The notes beneath the pieces are model-generated. The model was not told where the DNA came from. It ran no database searches and saw only the letters and a list, made by a program, of their open reading frames with translations. This document shows positions 48,361 to 57,685 of a stretch of 64,000 nucleotides of DNA, piece after piece. This DNA is from Chitinivibrionales bacterium. Lineage in GTDB: Bacteria; Fibrobacterota; Chitinivibrionia; Chitinivibrionales; WJKA01. The stretch lies in NCBI GenBank assembly GCA_014728295.1, contig WJLW01000081.1:17295-81294 (forward strand), in the 5' to 3' direction. Position 1 is the stretch's first letter, and the number at the start of each line of letters is the position of its first letter. The position numbers were made by a program, and so were the translations under genes.

Positions 48361-49557
48361 TTACATCAATTTTTTCACCGCCGCCGCAATGATACCTACA
48401 CCTGTTTCGATTTTTTCTTCAGGCGTATGCGAGAAGGCCAGTCTCAGGCAATCATTGCGGCTGCCGGATGGATCGAAGGCATTGCCGATCACAAACGCGG
48501 CACCATGCGACAAACTGCTGTCAAATACGGCGGAAGCGTCAATCGCTTGCGGCAGAGTCACCCATACATAGAACCCACCTCGCGGAATTGTCCAGCCAAC
48601 CTCCTGGGGCATCGAAGCATTGAGAGCTTCCAGCAGGAGCGTTGCACGATGTCGGTATGCGCGACGCAGCTTCTCAAGATAGGGCTCCAAATAGCCCCAG
48701 CTGCAGAAATAATGCGCCAATACCTGAGTGAAAGCACCGGAGCATGCATCCATTGACTGTTTCGCAAGTTCACACTTTTCGATGAGCTCCGCCGGCCCCC
48801 AGAGAAATCCCAGGCGCATTCCCGGTCCGAATATTTTTGAAAATGATCCTGCATAACACACCGGAACCGTGCCCTCTGATAACGCCGCCAGCGGAGTGAC
48901 CAGACGCTTTGATTCATCCTCAAAATAAAGATCCCCGTATGGATCGTCTTCGAGCACGACGACGTTATGATTTTCCAGTACGGAGATAAGTGCTTGTTTT
49001 TTTTGCGGGGTGTAGGTTATGCCGGCCGGATTGTGGAAGTGCGTATTGAGATAAACCAGCTTTACCCGGTCACCCCCCGCGGCAAGTGCGGCATCCAGCT
49101 CAGCAGGATCAATGCCGTCAGATGACAGCGCAAGCCCCTCTCCCGTATCAGCACCGTAAGATTTAAATGCAGCCAGTGCACCAATAAAGCTGGGGTACTC
49201 GGTAATTATCCGGTCACCGGGATCGCACAGCACTTTCGTTACTAAATTGATGGCCTGCTGAGCCCCGGTAGTAATCAACAGTGCGCCGTTTTCGACCTTA
49301 ATCCGTTTCTTGCGCAACAGTGCGCGCACCGTATCAAGCAACGGCGGATAGCCCGAGGTAGGAGAATACTGGAAGCCGGCCTGCTTGTGCTCGAGCGCAA
49401 TCCGGCGCATCAGCTCATCCACTTGCTCAACCGGAAAGAGGCTGTTATTCGGCATACCCCCGGCAAATGAAATAATGGCAGGATCCGCGGCAAGCTTCAT
49501 CAGCCTGCGGATTTCTGAAGAACGCATCTGGGTGGCTGCCTGCGAAAATGCAATCAT
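48361..49557 (-). CDS. PLP-dependent aminotransferase, class I/II (2-aminoadipate/aromatic aminotransferase-like)
   Basis: PLP-lysine motif SFSKIFGPGMRLGF, plus a length and layout typical of the fold. Confidence 0.8.
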   Translation of the reverse strand: MIAFSQAATQMRSSEIRRLMKLAADPAIISFAGGMPNNSLFPVEQVDELMRRIALEHKQAGFQYSPTSGYPPLLDTVRALLRKKRIKVENGALLITTGAQQAINLVTKVLCDPGDRIITEYPSFIGALAAFKSYGADTGEGLALSSDGIDPAELDAALAAGGDRVKLVYLNTHFHNPAGITYTPQKKQALISVLENHNVVVLEDDPYGDLYFEDESKRLVTPLAALSEGTVPVCYAGSFSKIFGPGMRLGFLWGPAELIEKCELAKQSMDACSGAFTQVLAHYFCSWGYLEPYLEKLRRAYRHRATLLLEALNASMPQEVGWTIPRGGFYVWVTLPQAIDASAVFDSSLSHGAAFVIGNAFDPSGSRNDCLRLAFSHTPEEKIETGVGIIAAAVKKLM

Positions 49558-49609
49558 TCAGTACCTTATCTTTTAACTGAAAACAGAACATCTCGACTGG
49601 TACATCGTT

Positions 49610-50074
49610 TCACACGCCAAATCCGCCGCAATGTGGCGCAAGGCTGCCAATAAGCAAATCCGCTCCCTGCGGCCGGGGCGATGATGATTCAAATACAATA
49701 GTTGTATCGACATTGCCCCGTGGCAGAAAATCACCCGCCACCAGTAGCCACCGGGGCTGCAAAATATCGTTAAGTGTGGAAAATATATGAGCAGTTACCC
49801 GTTCATGAAAGGTACCGATCATGCGGAATGCATTAAGGTAGAGTTTCCATGATTTCAATTCGATACAAAGTTTATCGGGCAGATAAAACACCTTTATTGC
49901 AGCAAAATCGGGATATCCGGTTTTCGGGCACAAACAGGTGAATTCGGGAAAGATAACGCGAATAATCCCTCCGCCTTCGCCGCCGGAATCAAAGGGACAC
50001 GCAAATGTTTCCAGCACGGGCAGACGCTTTGCGGCAAGCGCATCTTCGAGGAGTATGGATTCACTTTCATGCAT
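49610..50074 (-). CDS. queF: NADPH-dependent 7-cyano-7-deazaguanine (preQ0) reductase, type I
   Basis: FPEFTCLCPKTGYPDFA with the catalytic Cys, and QueF motif ELKSWKLYL. I place the start at the internal Met (MHESES). Confidence 0.85.
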   Translation of the reverse strand: MHESESILLEDALAAKRLPVLETFACPFDSGGEGGGIIRVIFPEFTCLCPKTGYPDFAAIKVFYLPDKLCIELKSWKLYLNAFRMIGTFHERVTAHIFSTLNDILQPRWLLVAGDFLPRGNVDTTIVFESSSPRPQGADLLIGSLAPHCGGFGV

Positions 50075-50278
50075 ATCAGGTTTGCCACTCCGGTAACGGA
50101 TACATTGAATTATTTTATCAATAATCCTAAAATAATGAATGAAGCGCAAGAGCAAAAACATCGAACCAGCAGCATTCCGTTAATTTCCTGCTACTTTGCC
50201 CTTGACTTGACAGGAATGAGTTAGCTAATTTTAGACGTTTCGGCTTTATCAGACCTTTACCCTTTACCAGGAGTTAAT

Positions 50279-50449
50279 ATGGCTTACAAAATAACCGACG
50301 AATGCGTAGCATGCGGATCTTGTGTCCCGGAATGCCCTGTTGAAGCAATCGAAGAGGGCGATCCTATTTACACGATTGACGCGGAAAAATGCACCGATTG
50401 CGGCGCCTGCGCAGATGTTTGTCCTTCTGAAGCTATCGTTTCCGAATAA
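50279..50449 (+). CDS. 2x[4Fe-4S] clostridial-type ferredoxin (56 aa; absent from the ORF track because it is under 60 aa)
   Basis: My translation is MAYKITDECVACGSCVPECPVEAIEEGDPIYTIDAEKCTDCGACADVCPSEAIVSE. It has two CxxCxxCxxxCP motifs, a CAGGAG RBS 5 nt upstream, and a terminator downstream. Confidence 0.85.
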   Translation: MAYKITDECVACGSCVPECPVEAIEEGDPIYTIDAEKCTDCGACADVCPSEAIVSE

Positions 50450-50506
50450 TTAGCAAGGCGGGTAACGCAATTTAGCGTTCAAATAGAATTTGTTGCCGAC
50501 GGATGC

Positions 50507-50538
50507 AGGAACGGGGAAACCGCTCCTGTATTTTTTTT
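50507..50538 (+). terminator. Rho-independent terminator after the ferredoxin gene
   Basis: AGGAACGG-GGAAA-CCGCTCCT hairpin (7 of 8 bp paired) followed by GTA-T8. Confidence 0.6.
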
Positions 50539-50570
50539 ACCCCGTGATGCATTTCAGGACGCGGCACAGC

Positions 50571-52487
50571 ATGCAGACCACTAACCTCATATATCTGCTC
50601 GGTTCGGTTCCTGCCGCCGACAGGAGTTTGCTGGAAATTATTCTGAACAGAATTGAGGTGGAAGGCTGTTTTGTCGATGTATCATCTTTAGAGGCGATCC
50701 CTCAATTTTCCACTCCCCCGCTGGGTTTTTTTTCGTATCTTGACGATTCTCAGGATACGTTGATCAAGGCGTTCGGCGCACTACCGATCGGCACAGGCCG
50801 GGATATTCCGTTCTTCCAGTTGTCAAGCAATTCAAAAGCTTGCGAGGCACGGCACTCTATTCCGGTAACTTCCTGCTTTGCAAGTCCGCTTTCTGAGCTG
50901 CCGGCAGAAGCCATGCTTTCGCAAATCGCAAACAATAGCGAGATAGTTGCCAACAATCGTCAGTTGCGAAGCGAAATCGTGCGCTATCGCAATGAAAAAT
51001 CCCGGATACTGCAGATTGCCTCGGCGCTCTCGGCGGTCAATGACCTCGATTCACTGCTGGAGCTTTTCCTTACCAGGAGCAGAGAGCTGGTCAATGCAGA
51101 TGCCGGCAGTATCTACATTCGTGAGCTTACGTCTCCGGGCGGGGCATTCGGCAACTCTCTGCGCTTCAAAATAGCCCAGAATGACTCCATTGATGTATCC
51201 CTCAAGTCCCGCGAGTTTGTGATCCCGATCAGCCAGGAAACTATTTGCGGATACGTTGCGCAAACCGGCAAGCCGCTGTCTCTGGACGACGTGTATACGC
51301 TCGATGGTGAAGCGCCATATGCATGGCAACGACACTTCGATCTTGATTTCAAGTATCGCACCAAGTCGATGCTTACCGTACCGCTGAAAAATCTCAAATC
51401 CGAAGTCGTCGGCATTATGCAATTAATGAATCGCAAGAAAGATTTTGACACACCCATATCGGATCAATCCGATATCGAGGAGCAGATCCTTTCCTTTTCG
51501 CGTTCGGATGAAGAGCTGGTGCTCTCGGTTGCTTCGTTGGCTGCAACCAGTATCGAACGTGCGCTGCTTTACAACAGCATCCAGAATCTCTTTGAGGGTT
51601 TTGCAAATTCGGCCGCGGCAGCTATTGACGAACGCGACAGAGTTACCGCCGGCCACTCAAAACGGGTCATGGGCTACGCGCTGGCCCTGGCCGATGCGAT
51701 GTCCGAGGATAGCCGGGGACCGTTCAGGGAAATGCATTTTGATGCCGAACGTAAACGACGCCTGCGCTACGCCGCGCTGCTGCACGATTTCGGCAAAATT
51801 GGCGTGCCGGAAAAAATTTTGACCAAAGAGAGCCGTCTGTCGCAGGCCGAACTCGATTTTGTCAAGGCGCGCGCAGGCTATATCAGGCTTTACCTCCGCA
51901 CCAATCAACAGCCGCAGCTATCGGGCTGGCAGACCGAAGCCGAAGTCGATGCCGATGTGGCACTGATTGATTCGGTAAATCGAATCGGATTTATCAAAGA
52001 AGATGTGCTGGCGTCACTGCAGCGAATACGCGTGAAGACATTCGTCGATATTGACGGTTCCGAAAAGCCATTCATCACCACCTCGGAGTGGGAACACCTT
52101 TCGGTGCGCAAGGGCAATCTCACCACGGCGGAGCGGGAGATTCTCAACTCACATGCCGACGGCACCTTCCGGCTGCTGGCTCGCATTCCCTGGACCCGGG
52201 AACTGGAAGATATTCCCGACATTGCCTGCCACCATCACGAAAAACTTGACGGATCGGGATATCCGGACGGCTTGACCGATAAAGAAATTCCGCTGGAAAG
52301 CCGCCTGCTGGCGGTTATTGACATATATGAAGCCCTGGTTGCGCAGGACAGACCGTACAAGCCCAAAATCGAGCCGACCCGCGCCGCGCGGATACTCAGA
52401 GAAGAAGTCGCCGCCGGCCATCTGGACGGCGATATTGTCGAGTTTTTTCTGAACAAAAATATACACCTCATGTTTTACCACACATAA
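50571..52487 (+). CDS. GAF + HD-GYP domain protein (probable c-di-GMP phosphodiesterase) with uncharacterised N-terminal domain
   Basis: HD (LLHDFGKIGVPE) and GYP (HHEKLDGSGYPDG) motifs, with a GAF-like region upstream. I chose the start at MQTT (50571) because the listed TTG start at 50490 would overlap the terminator. Confidence 0.85.
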   Translation: MQTTNLIYLLGSVPAADRSLLEIILNRIEVEGCFVDVSSLEAIPQFSTPPLGFFSYLDDSQDTLIKAFGALPIGTGRDIPFFQLSSNSKACEARHSIPVTSCFASPLSELPAEAMLSQIANNSEIVANNRQLRSEIVRYRNEKSRILQIASALSAVNDLDSLLELFLTRSRELVNADAGSIYIRELTSPGGAFGNSLRFKIAQNDSIDVSLKSREFVIPISQETICGYVAQTGKPLSLDDVYTLDGEAPYAWQRHFDLDFKYRTKSMLTVPLKNLKSEVVGIMQLMNRKKDFDTPISDQSDIEEQILSFSRSDEELVLSVASLAATSIERALLYNSIQNLFEGFANSAAAAIDERDRVTAGHSKRVMGYALALADAMSEDSRGPFREMHFDAERKRRLRYAALLHDFGKIGVPEKILTKESRLSQAELDFVKARAGYIRLYLRTNQQPQLSGWQTEAEVDADVALIDSVNRIGFIKEDVLASLQRIRVKTFVDIDGSEKPFITTSEWEHLSVRKGNLTTAEREILNSHADGTFRLLARIPWTRELEDIPDIACHHHEKLDGSGYPDGLTDKEIPLESRLLAVIDIYEALVAQDRPYKPKIEPTRAARILREEVAAGHLDGDIVEFFLNKNIHLMFYHT

Positions 52488-52541
52488 GCTGCCGGAGGTC
52501 ACCCATTTTTTATATTGATTTTTTTCCAGGAGAGATCCCAC

Positions 52542-53165
52542 ATGCCACTAACGATAAAACGATTGCCGCTCGGACCGATAGAAACAAACTCCTATGTCGT
52601 CGCCAATGACGAAAATGCCTGTTTGATAATCGATCCCTCGCAGGGTTGTGAGGAGTTATTCAGCCATGTCAATGAGCACAAACTCAAACCCGCAGCAATC
52701 GTTCTGACCCATGGACATTTCGATCATATTATGGGCATTCCCGAAGTCAGGGAGCGTTTCGGGGAAATAGACGTCTGGGCGCACCCCGCAGAAGAATTGC
52801 TGTTGACCAATTCGATGTACAATGCCTCAGCGATGATGGGAATCGAGTTTACCTACACCGGTCCCGTTCGCCATCTCACAGAAGGCCGGGTAGCCATTGG
52901 AGAATTTGAAGCCGATGTACTGCATATTCCCGGGCACAGCCCCGGCAGCGTTGTGGTTTGCATCGAAAACAACTGCTTTTGCGGCGATGTGATATTTGCC
53001 GGCTCAATCGGCAGAACCGACTTTCCCGGCGGCAGCATGGATACTCTTCTAAGCGGCATCCGCCGGAAACTGTTCACCTTGCCGGACGACACCGTTTTGC
53101 ACTCGGGACACGGCGGACGCACAACCATCGGCCGCGAAAAAAAACACAACCCGTTTCTGCAATGA
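52542..53165 (+). CDS. MBL-fold metallo-hydrolase (glyoxalase II/YcbL-like)
   Basis: THGHFDHIMG (HxHxDH), GHSPGS and HSGHG. The start MPLTIK is preceded by AGGAGAG. Confidence 0.85.
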   Translation: MPLTIKRLPLGPIETNSYVVANDENACLIIDPSQGCEELFSHVNEHKLKPAAIVLTHGHFDHIMGIPEVRERFGEIDVWAHPAEELLLTNSMYNASAMMGIEFTYTGPVRHLTEGRVAIGEFEADVLHIPGHSPGSVVVCIENNCFCGDVIFAGSIGRTDFPGGSMDTLLSGIRRKLFTLPDDTVLHSGHGGRTTIGREKKHNPFLQ

Positions 53166-54082
53166 AAGAATTACCCTATCAGAAACCTTTCCTGGCGCAT
53201 CTCCAGTTGGAGAAATCGCTGAGCGAAAATACGATTGCGTCATATCGCTTTGATCTGCAGCGACTCGTACAGTATTGCTCACAACAGGAAATCGCCGGAA
53301 TCAAGGACATTACTGCCGAATGCTTAACCGGCTATTTTCACGCACTGCATGACATCGGGTTTGCGCCTTCTTCAATTCAACGCACCTTGTCATCGCTGCG
53401 CGGCTATTTCGCTTTTGTCATAGCGGAAGGGCTGCTGCAGCACGATCCGGCGGAGCTGATCGACGGCCCGAAAGCCAACCGCTATCTTCCGTCGGTGCTG
53501 AGCGTTGAGGAGATCGAGGAACTCCTGGCGGCGATCGATACGAAAAAAAGGGGCGGTCTGCGCAACCGCGCAATGCTGGAGCTCCTGTACGCGTCCGGAC
53601 TGCGCGTATCCGAATTAAGGAGCCTGAGCCTTGAGAACATTATTGCCGCAGAGGGATTAATCCGTATTTTCGGCAAGGGAACCAAAGAACGACTGGCTCC
53701 CGTAGGCGGCGAGGCCCTGCAATGGGTTGCAACCTATTGCGAAAACGAGCGTCCCCGGTTCATGCGCCCGACAAGCGACAACACGTTGTTTCTCAACGTG
53801 CGCGGGGGGAAGCTCTCACGCATGGGAATCTGGAAAATCATTCGCCAATGCGCTGTGGATGCCGGCGTTCGCACTAAGATATCTCCGCATACGTTTCGCC
53901 ATTCCTTCGCAACGCATTTGCTGGAAGGTGGCGCCGACCTGCGCACGGTTCAGGAAATGCTGGGTCACGCCAATATCGTTACGACCGAAATTTATACGCA
54001 TATTGACAGAGAGTATCTCAAAGAAGTGCACCGCAGCTTTCACCCCCGATATCGCATACCACACCGACCGGCAAGGCCATGA
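53162..54082 (+). CDS. xerD: Tyrosine site-specific recombinase XerD/XerC
   Basis: N-terminal SAM-like EKSLSENTIASYRFDL, and catalytic region HTFRHSFATHLLEGGADLRTVQEMLGHANIVTTEIYTH. Its ATG overlaps the MBL stop (ATGA at 53162-53165). The listed longer ORF from 52958 overlaps the MBL gene. Confidence 0.85.
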   Translation: MKELPYQKPFLAHLQLEKSLSENTIASYRFDLQRLVQYCSQQEIAGIKDITAECLTGYFHALHDIGFAPSSIQRTLSSLRGYFAFVIAEGLLQHDPAELIDGPKANRYLPSVLSVEEIEELLAAIDTKKRGGLRNRAMLELLYASGLRVSELRSLSLENIIAAEGLIRIFGKGTKERLAPVGGEALQWVATYCENERPRFMRPTSDNTLFLNVRGGKLSRMGIWKIIRQCAVDAGVRTKISPHTFRHSFATHLLEGGADLRTVQEMLGHANIVTTEIYTHIDREYLKEVHRSFHPRYRIPHRPARP

Positions 54083-55647
54083 ACCGCGCATTCATTCAAA
54101 TACACTATCACGACCGATTAGGCGGTGTGGGAAAAGTTATTCGAAGCTATGCAGAATCATTTGAGAAGATCACACCAGCAGGCGATATTATGGCAAACTG
54201 CGTTATTTGCGCCTCTTCCCGCGCAGGCGTACATTCTTTTGAACCGGCGAAGACGGTGCATATGCCGTCTTGCGACTATCGCCGGTTTGTCGCCAAGAAG
54301 CAATTCACCCGCATGCGAGATGAACTGGCACATCAGCTGGCCGAATATGTAAAAAGGGCGGATACTGTTTCAACTCGCCTCGTTGTTGTGGCGCACAATA
54401 TTACGCTCGGCAAAAACAGTGCGCTGAGTTCAGCCTTCGCGCAACTGGCCCACACCTTCAGTCCTCGATCAACCGTGCACTTCTTTTCCGTGATTCATGA
54501 TCTCGCCGAAGAAGGCAGAGCCGACATGCTTGCCCAAATGCGCAAGGTGACGCAATTCGGCGAAACAATAGACTCGGTTTTCTATCCGGCATTGCCGAAT
54601 ATTACCTATGTTGTATTGAATAAACGTATTTACCATATTGTCAAGGCAGCCGGTTTACCGGTGCGTCTGCTTCCTAATCCCGTTGAGGTTCCCCGCCCTG
54701 AAAAAACTCTTTCGTCACAACAAAAAAACGAGCTGGTTGCAGCGATCGGCAAGCTTGCCGCCAATGACGGTGCGGCGTTTTATGCGAATCGACCGCTTTT
54801 TTTCTACCCTGTGCGCTGTATCAGCAGAAAAAACATCCCCGAAGCCATAATAATTGCCGCACTGGTGCTGAAGGCCAACCTGGTTACCGGCGGCCCGGGT
54901 ACCGCAGAAGGTGATATTGACATGCTGGCGCGGCTGCGGTCACTTGTTCGTGCATATCACCTGCCGGTCGTATTCGATGGAAATCGTGTTTGCAGCTTTC
55001 TGAGCGACACCGATCCGTTTCAGCTAATCTACTGGAATTGCGATGCGTGTATTTCCACAGCCGTAGCCGAAGGATTCGGCTACGCGCTCTACGAGCCCTG
55101 GCTTTTCAAAAAGCCGCTGATCGGCAGGCATGCAAAAGGATTTACGCCGGGCAAAACGATCCAAACAGATCATTTATATGCCGAGCTGAACATACCCGCC
55201 ACATGGATTGATCTTTCTGACCTGCAGAATACCTATCGCAAATCAATGCAACAATGCTATCCTCAAGAGGTGGCCCGTCCACTACTCGCCAAATCAAATC
55301 ATATCGATTTCGGCATGCTGGACATGGGGTCACAATTTACGGTACTTCAAAAGCTCCTCACTCAGCATGCAGCACTCGATCAAATACGAGTCTCACCCTG
55401 CGCAAACAATGCTCCAGATTTAAAGACTCGCCTCTATCCGCCCTCACTCACCATTGAACGCGTTTGCGCCAATCAATCCGCCATAGCCGATACGCTTGCC
55501 GGCCGGGCATTTCTGAGCCGGTTTAATAAATGCTATTTCCGCCCCGTTTCCCCTACACCTGTCACGCGTCAAGCATCTCAACATCTGCAAAAGCACTTTT
55601 GCTCGCCCGAAGAATTCCGGCTTTTACTGACACCATCTGCATCCTGA
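54079..55647 (+). CDS. Hypothetical protein, possibly a GT-B-fold (GT4-like) glycosyltransferase
   Basis: N-terminal IQIHYHDRLGGVGKVI, plus later RKNIPEAI and EGFGYALYEP elements reminiscent of GT4 enzymes. Its start overlaps the xerD stop (ATGA). Confidence 0.35.
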   Translation: MNRAFIQIHYHDRLGGVGKVIRSYAESFEKITPAGDIMANCVICASSRAGVHSFEPAKTVHMPSCDYRRFVAKKQFTRMRDELAHQLAEYVKRADTVSTRLVVVAHNITLGKNSALSSAFAQLAHTFSPRSTVHFFSVIHDLAEEGRADMLAQMRKVTQFGETIDSVFYPALPNITYVVLNKRIYHIVKAAGLPVRLLPNPVEVPRPEKTLSSQQKNELVAAIGKLAANDGAAFYANRPLFFYPVRCISRKNIPEAIIIAALVLKANLVTGGPGTAEGDIDMLARLRSLVRAYHLPVVFDGNRVCSFLSDTDPFQLIYWNCDACISTAVAEGFGYALYEPWLFKKPLIGRHAKGFTPGKTIQTDHLYAELNIPATWIDLSDLQNTYRKSMQQCYPQEVARPLLAKSNHIDFGMLDMGSQFTVLQKLLTQHAALDQIRVSPCANNAPDLKTRLYPPSLTIERVCANQSAIADTLAGRAFLSRFNKCYFRPVSPTPVTRQASQHLQKHFCSPEEFRLLLTPSAS

Positions 55648-55671
55648 GTGGTAAAAGATTATTTTTTTATC

Positions 55672-55700
55672 TTGACGAAAAATCTAAACTATTGGATAGT
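55672..55700 (+). promoter_or_regulatory. Putative sigma-70-type promoter of the HU/IHF gene
   Basis: TTGACG-17 nt-GATAGT, located 33 nt upstream of the GTG start. It overlaps a 7-bp inverted repeat. Confidence 0.4.
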
Positions 55701-55732
55701 TAGAAAGAAATCTAACTAACTGAGGAGGACTT

Positions 55733-56059
55733 GTGACTAATACAACCAAACACGATTTAGTCGCAGATGTCTCAAAAACGACCGGACTTACCCAGGCGGA
55801 TACGAAAATCGTTGTCGAAGAACTCCTGGAGTTGGTAGCACAAATCCTCGAGACCGGACGCAACATTGAGATTCGCGGTTTTGGAACATTCTACACCAAA
55901 GTGCGCAAGCCGCGTCCGGCCCGTAATCCCAAAACCGGCGAAGTTGTGCCTTTGCCTGAGAGAGTCGTCCCTCTTTTTAAATACTCTAATGAGATGAAAA
56001 AGGAAATCATTGCTGCACTCAAAGCCAGGGAACAGTCATCGTTCCCATCCGGGCTGTAA
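55733..56059 (+). CDS. HU/IHF-family DNA-binding protein
   Basis: RGFGTFYTKVRKPRPARNPKTGEVVPLPERVVPLFK beta-arm signature. GTG start preceded by GAGGAGG. Confidence 0.88.
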   Translation: MTNTTKHDLVADVSKTTGLTQADTKIVVEELLELVAQILETGRNIEIRGFGTFYTKVRKPRPARNPKTGEVVPLPERVVPLFKYSNEMKKEIIAALKAREQSSFPSGL

Positions 56060-56092
56060 CTACCTTCTGTATATTACTTTCTCCTATGTAAA

Positions 56093-56129
56093 GCGGTGCG
56101 AAAAAATAATTTCGCACCGCTGTTTTTTT
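56093..56129 (+). terminator. Rho-independent terminator after the HU/IHF gene
   Basis: Perfect 10-bp stem GCGGTGCGAA/TTCGCACCGC with an 8-nt loop, followed by TGTTTTTTT. Confidence 0.8.
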
Positions 56130-56130
56130 G

Positions 56131-56159
56131 TTGACACCTAGAATACCAAGCGATATAAT
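56131..56159 (+). promoter_or_regulatory. Consensus sigma-70 promoter (TTGACA-N17-TATAAT)
   Basis: Exact TTGACA at 56131-56136, a 17-nt spacer, and exact TATAAT at 56154-56159. It lies 45 nt upstream of the ATG at 56204. Confidence 0.7.
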
Positions 56160-56203
56160 AACTTTGTGATTTTCATTATGTTACCCTTACAAGGTGGTAC
56201 TCA

Positions 56204-57649
56204 ATGAAGCGTTTTATTACCGGTACGCTCCTGGTGTCATCATGTGTTTTAAGAATGCAGGCCCAGGATATCTCATTTGACGAAGATGATGCAAAGGTAG
56301 AAACGCCATTTGTAGAAACGTCAATTTCACTTGGATTTAACTACGACTGGCTGCGTCCGCCGACTTCTGTTTCGTTCGAATACCCCAAAGGATACCTCGG
56401 TTTCAACATCCCCTTTGAGCAAAGTGTCAATCCGCTTGACATATACCGCTCTTTCGATCCGGTTGTCGACTCCATGTTCGCCGACACTAACTTTCTCATT
56501 AACGGGGAAGAGTTCAAGCCGACGGCTACTGCCCGGCAAAGCCCCAATTACACCTTGCGCGTTGACGTGCCTGCACTGGGGGGCGTATGTTCATTTTCAA
56601 ATATCGAAAATGTGTCGCTCTCCTACCTCAACCAACTGGGCGTACCCGGCTCTCAGGCCGGCAGTGAAATAAAAGACCAGGGCGTTTCATTTTTCACTCG
56701 CGGAGTAATCAGCGTTCCAGTCAGCTTTGATGCATCGTGGGAAACAATGACATTTGGCTATGCCTATCGCGTCAATCGCCAGTTGACGTTTGCCTTCAAC
56801 CTGCATCGCCATATTTTCAGATTGAATATGCGTGCCAAAATCGGCGTTGAATTACTGGGGTACGCCGATATCGATCAGGACGTCGTGCGCGAGCGAATCA
56901 ACCTTGATTATTCACTTGGGGGCAGCGCAGACGCCAACTACTCGGCGGAAGCATGGTCACCTTCTTTCGGTATCAGATACTGGCGATTTACCTGGACGTC
57001 ACGTTTTGGCATCGATACCAAAGCAAAGGGATCACTGTTTGCCGACTACACCCTCCCCTTCTTCGTCGATCCGGAAACATTTGAAGTTACCCTCACCGAA
57101 AGCCAATTACTGGACCCGGCGGTTATTTCTCAGTTGGCGCAAAGCGACACCGTAAAATACACGCATAAGTCAACAGAAACGATGACCTGGAAAATGCCAC
57201 AGGGCCACACCGTTGCATTTGACATCATCAGGGACAAGCTGACCCTTTCCTACACCAAAACGGTAGGTAACCTGGAAACCAGTCTCAACAATATCTGGCG
57301 CGTTAAAAATGAAAATGAAGACAGTCTTACTTCAAGCGTAGACACAATAGATTTGAAGTTCGGCATAACCACCGACAACATGATTCTGCTCTCGGGAAAT
57401 TTCAGAAATGCGTTTTTCAATATCGGTATTTTCACACTGGATATGCAATTTGATCAGGAAAAAAAGGTGGCGTCGCGTGCGCTGAAGCAGGCGCTTCCCG
57501 ACGCTTATCAGTATATTACGCTCGGCGACGCCCCCATGCTCCCGGTGCTCAATTTTGGATCGGCGCTGGGAACTAAAATGCAGCTTCTTCTGGAGCTGGA
57601 TGTACTACCGCTTCTGGCGCTCAAAACAGGTGTGATTTATTACTTCTGA
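56204..57649 (+). CDS. Hypothetical outer-membrane beta-barrel-like protein
   Basis: Signal peptide (LLVSSCVLRMQAQ), amphipathic beta-strand pattern throughout, and a terminal aromatic motif (GVIYYF). Confidence 0.5.
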   Translation: MKRFITGTLLVSSCVLRMQAQDISFDEDDAKVETPFVETSISLGFNYDWLRPPTSVSFEYPKGYLGFNIPFEQSVNPLDIYRSFDPVVDSMFADTNFLINGEEFKPTATARQSPNYTLRVDVPALGGVCSFSNIENVSLSYLNQLGVPGSQAGSEIKDQGVSFFTRGVISVPVSFDASWETMTFGYAYRVNRQLTFAFNLHRHIFRLNMRAKIGVELLGYADIDQDVVRERINLDYSLGGSADANYSAEAWSPSFGIRYWRFTWTSRFGIDTKAKGSLFADYTLPFFVDPETFEVTLTESQLLDPAVISQLAQSDTVKYTHKSTETMTWKMPQGHTVAFDIIRDKLTLSYTKTVGNLETSLNNIWRVKNENEDSLTSSVDTIDLKFGITTDNMILLSGNFRNAFFNIGIFTLDMQFDQEKKVASRALKQALPDAYQYITLGDAPMLPVLNFGSALGTKMQLLLELDVLPLLALKTGVIYYF

Positions 57650-57685
57650 TCTGGCATAATGCCCAGTAATGAAAGGATAGAATCC

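Noticed and set aside
50075-50200. Possible preQ1 riboswitch in the queF leader
   Set aside because: The minus-strand leader lacks the short hairpin plus A-rich tail with the conserved CCC/TAGCTA-type core. Nothing resembles preQ1-I or preQ1-II.
50490-50570. TTG start at 50490 for the HD-GYP protein
   Set aside because: That extension would run through the ferredoxin terminator hairpin and T8 tract (50507-50538). The downstream ATG (MQTT) is more plausible.
52958-53161. N-terminal extension of the xerD ORF (listed start 52958)
   Set aside because: The extension overlaps the 3' third of the MBL hydrolase gene in another frame and is Arg-rich nonsense. MKELPYQ at 53162 matches the normal XerD N-terminus and forms an ATGA overlap.
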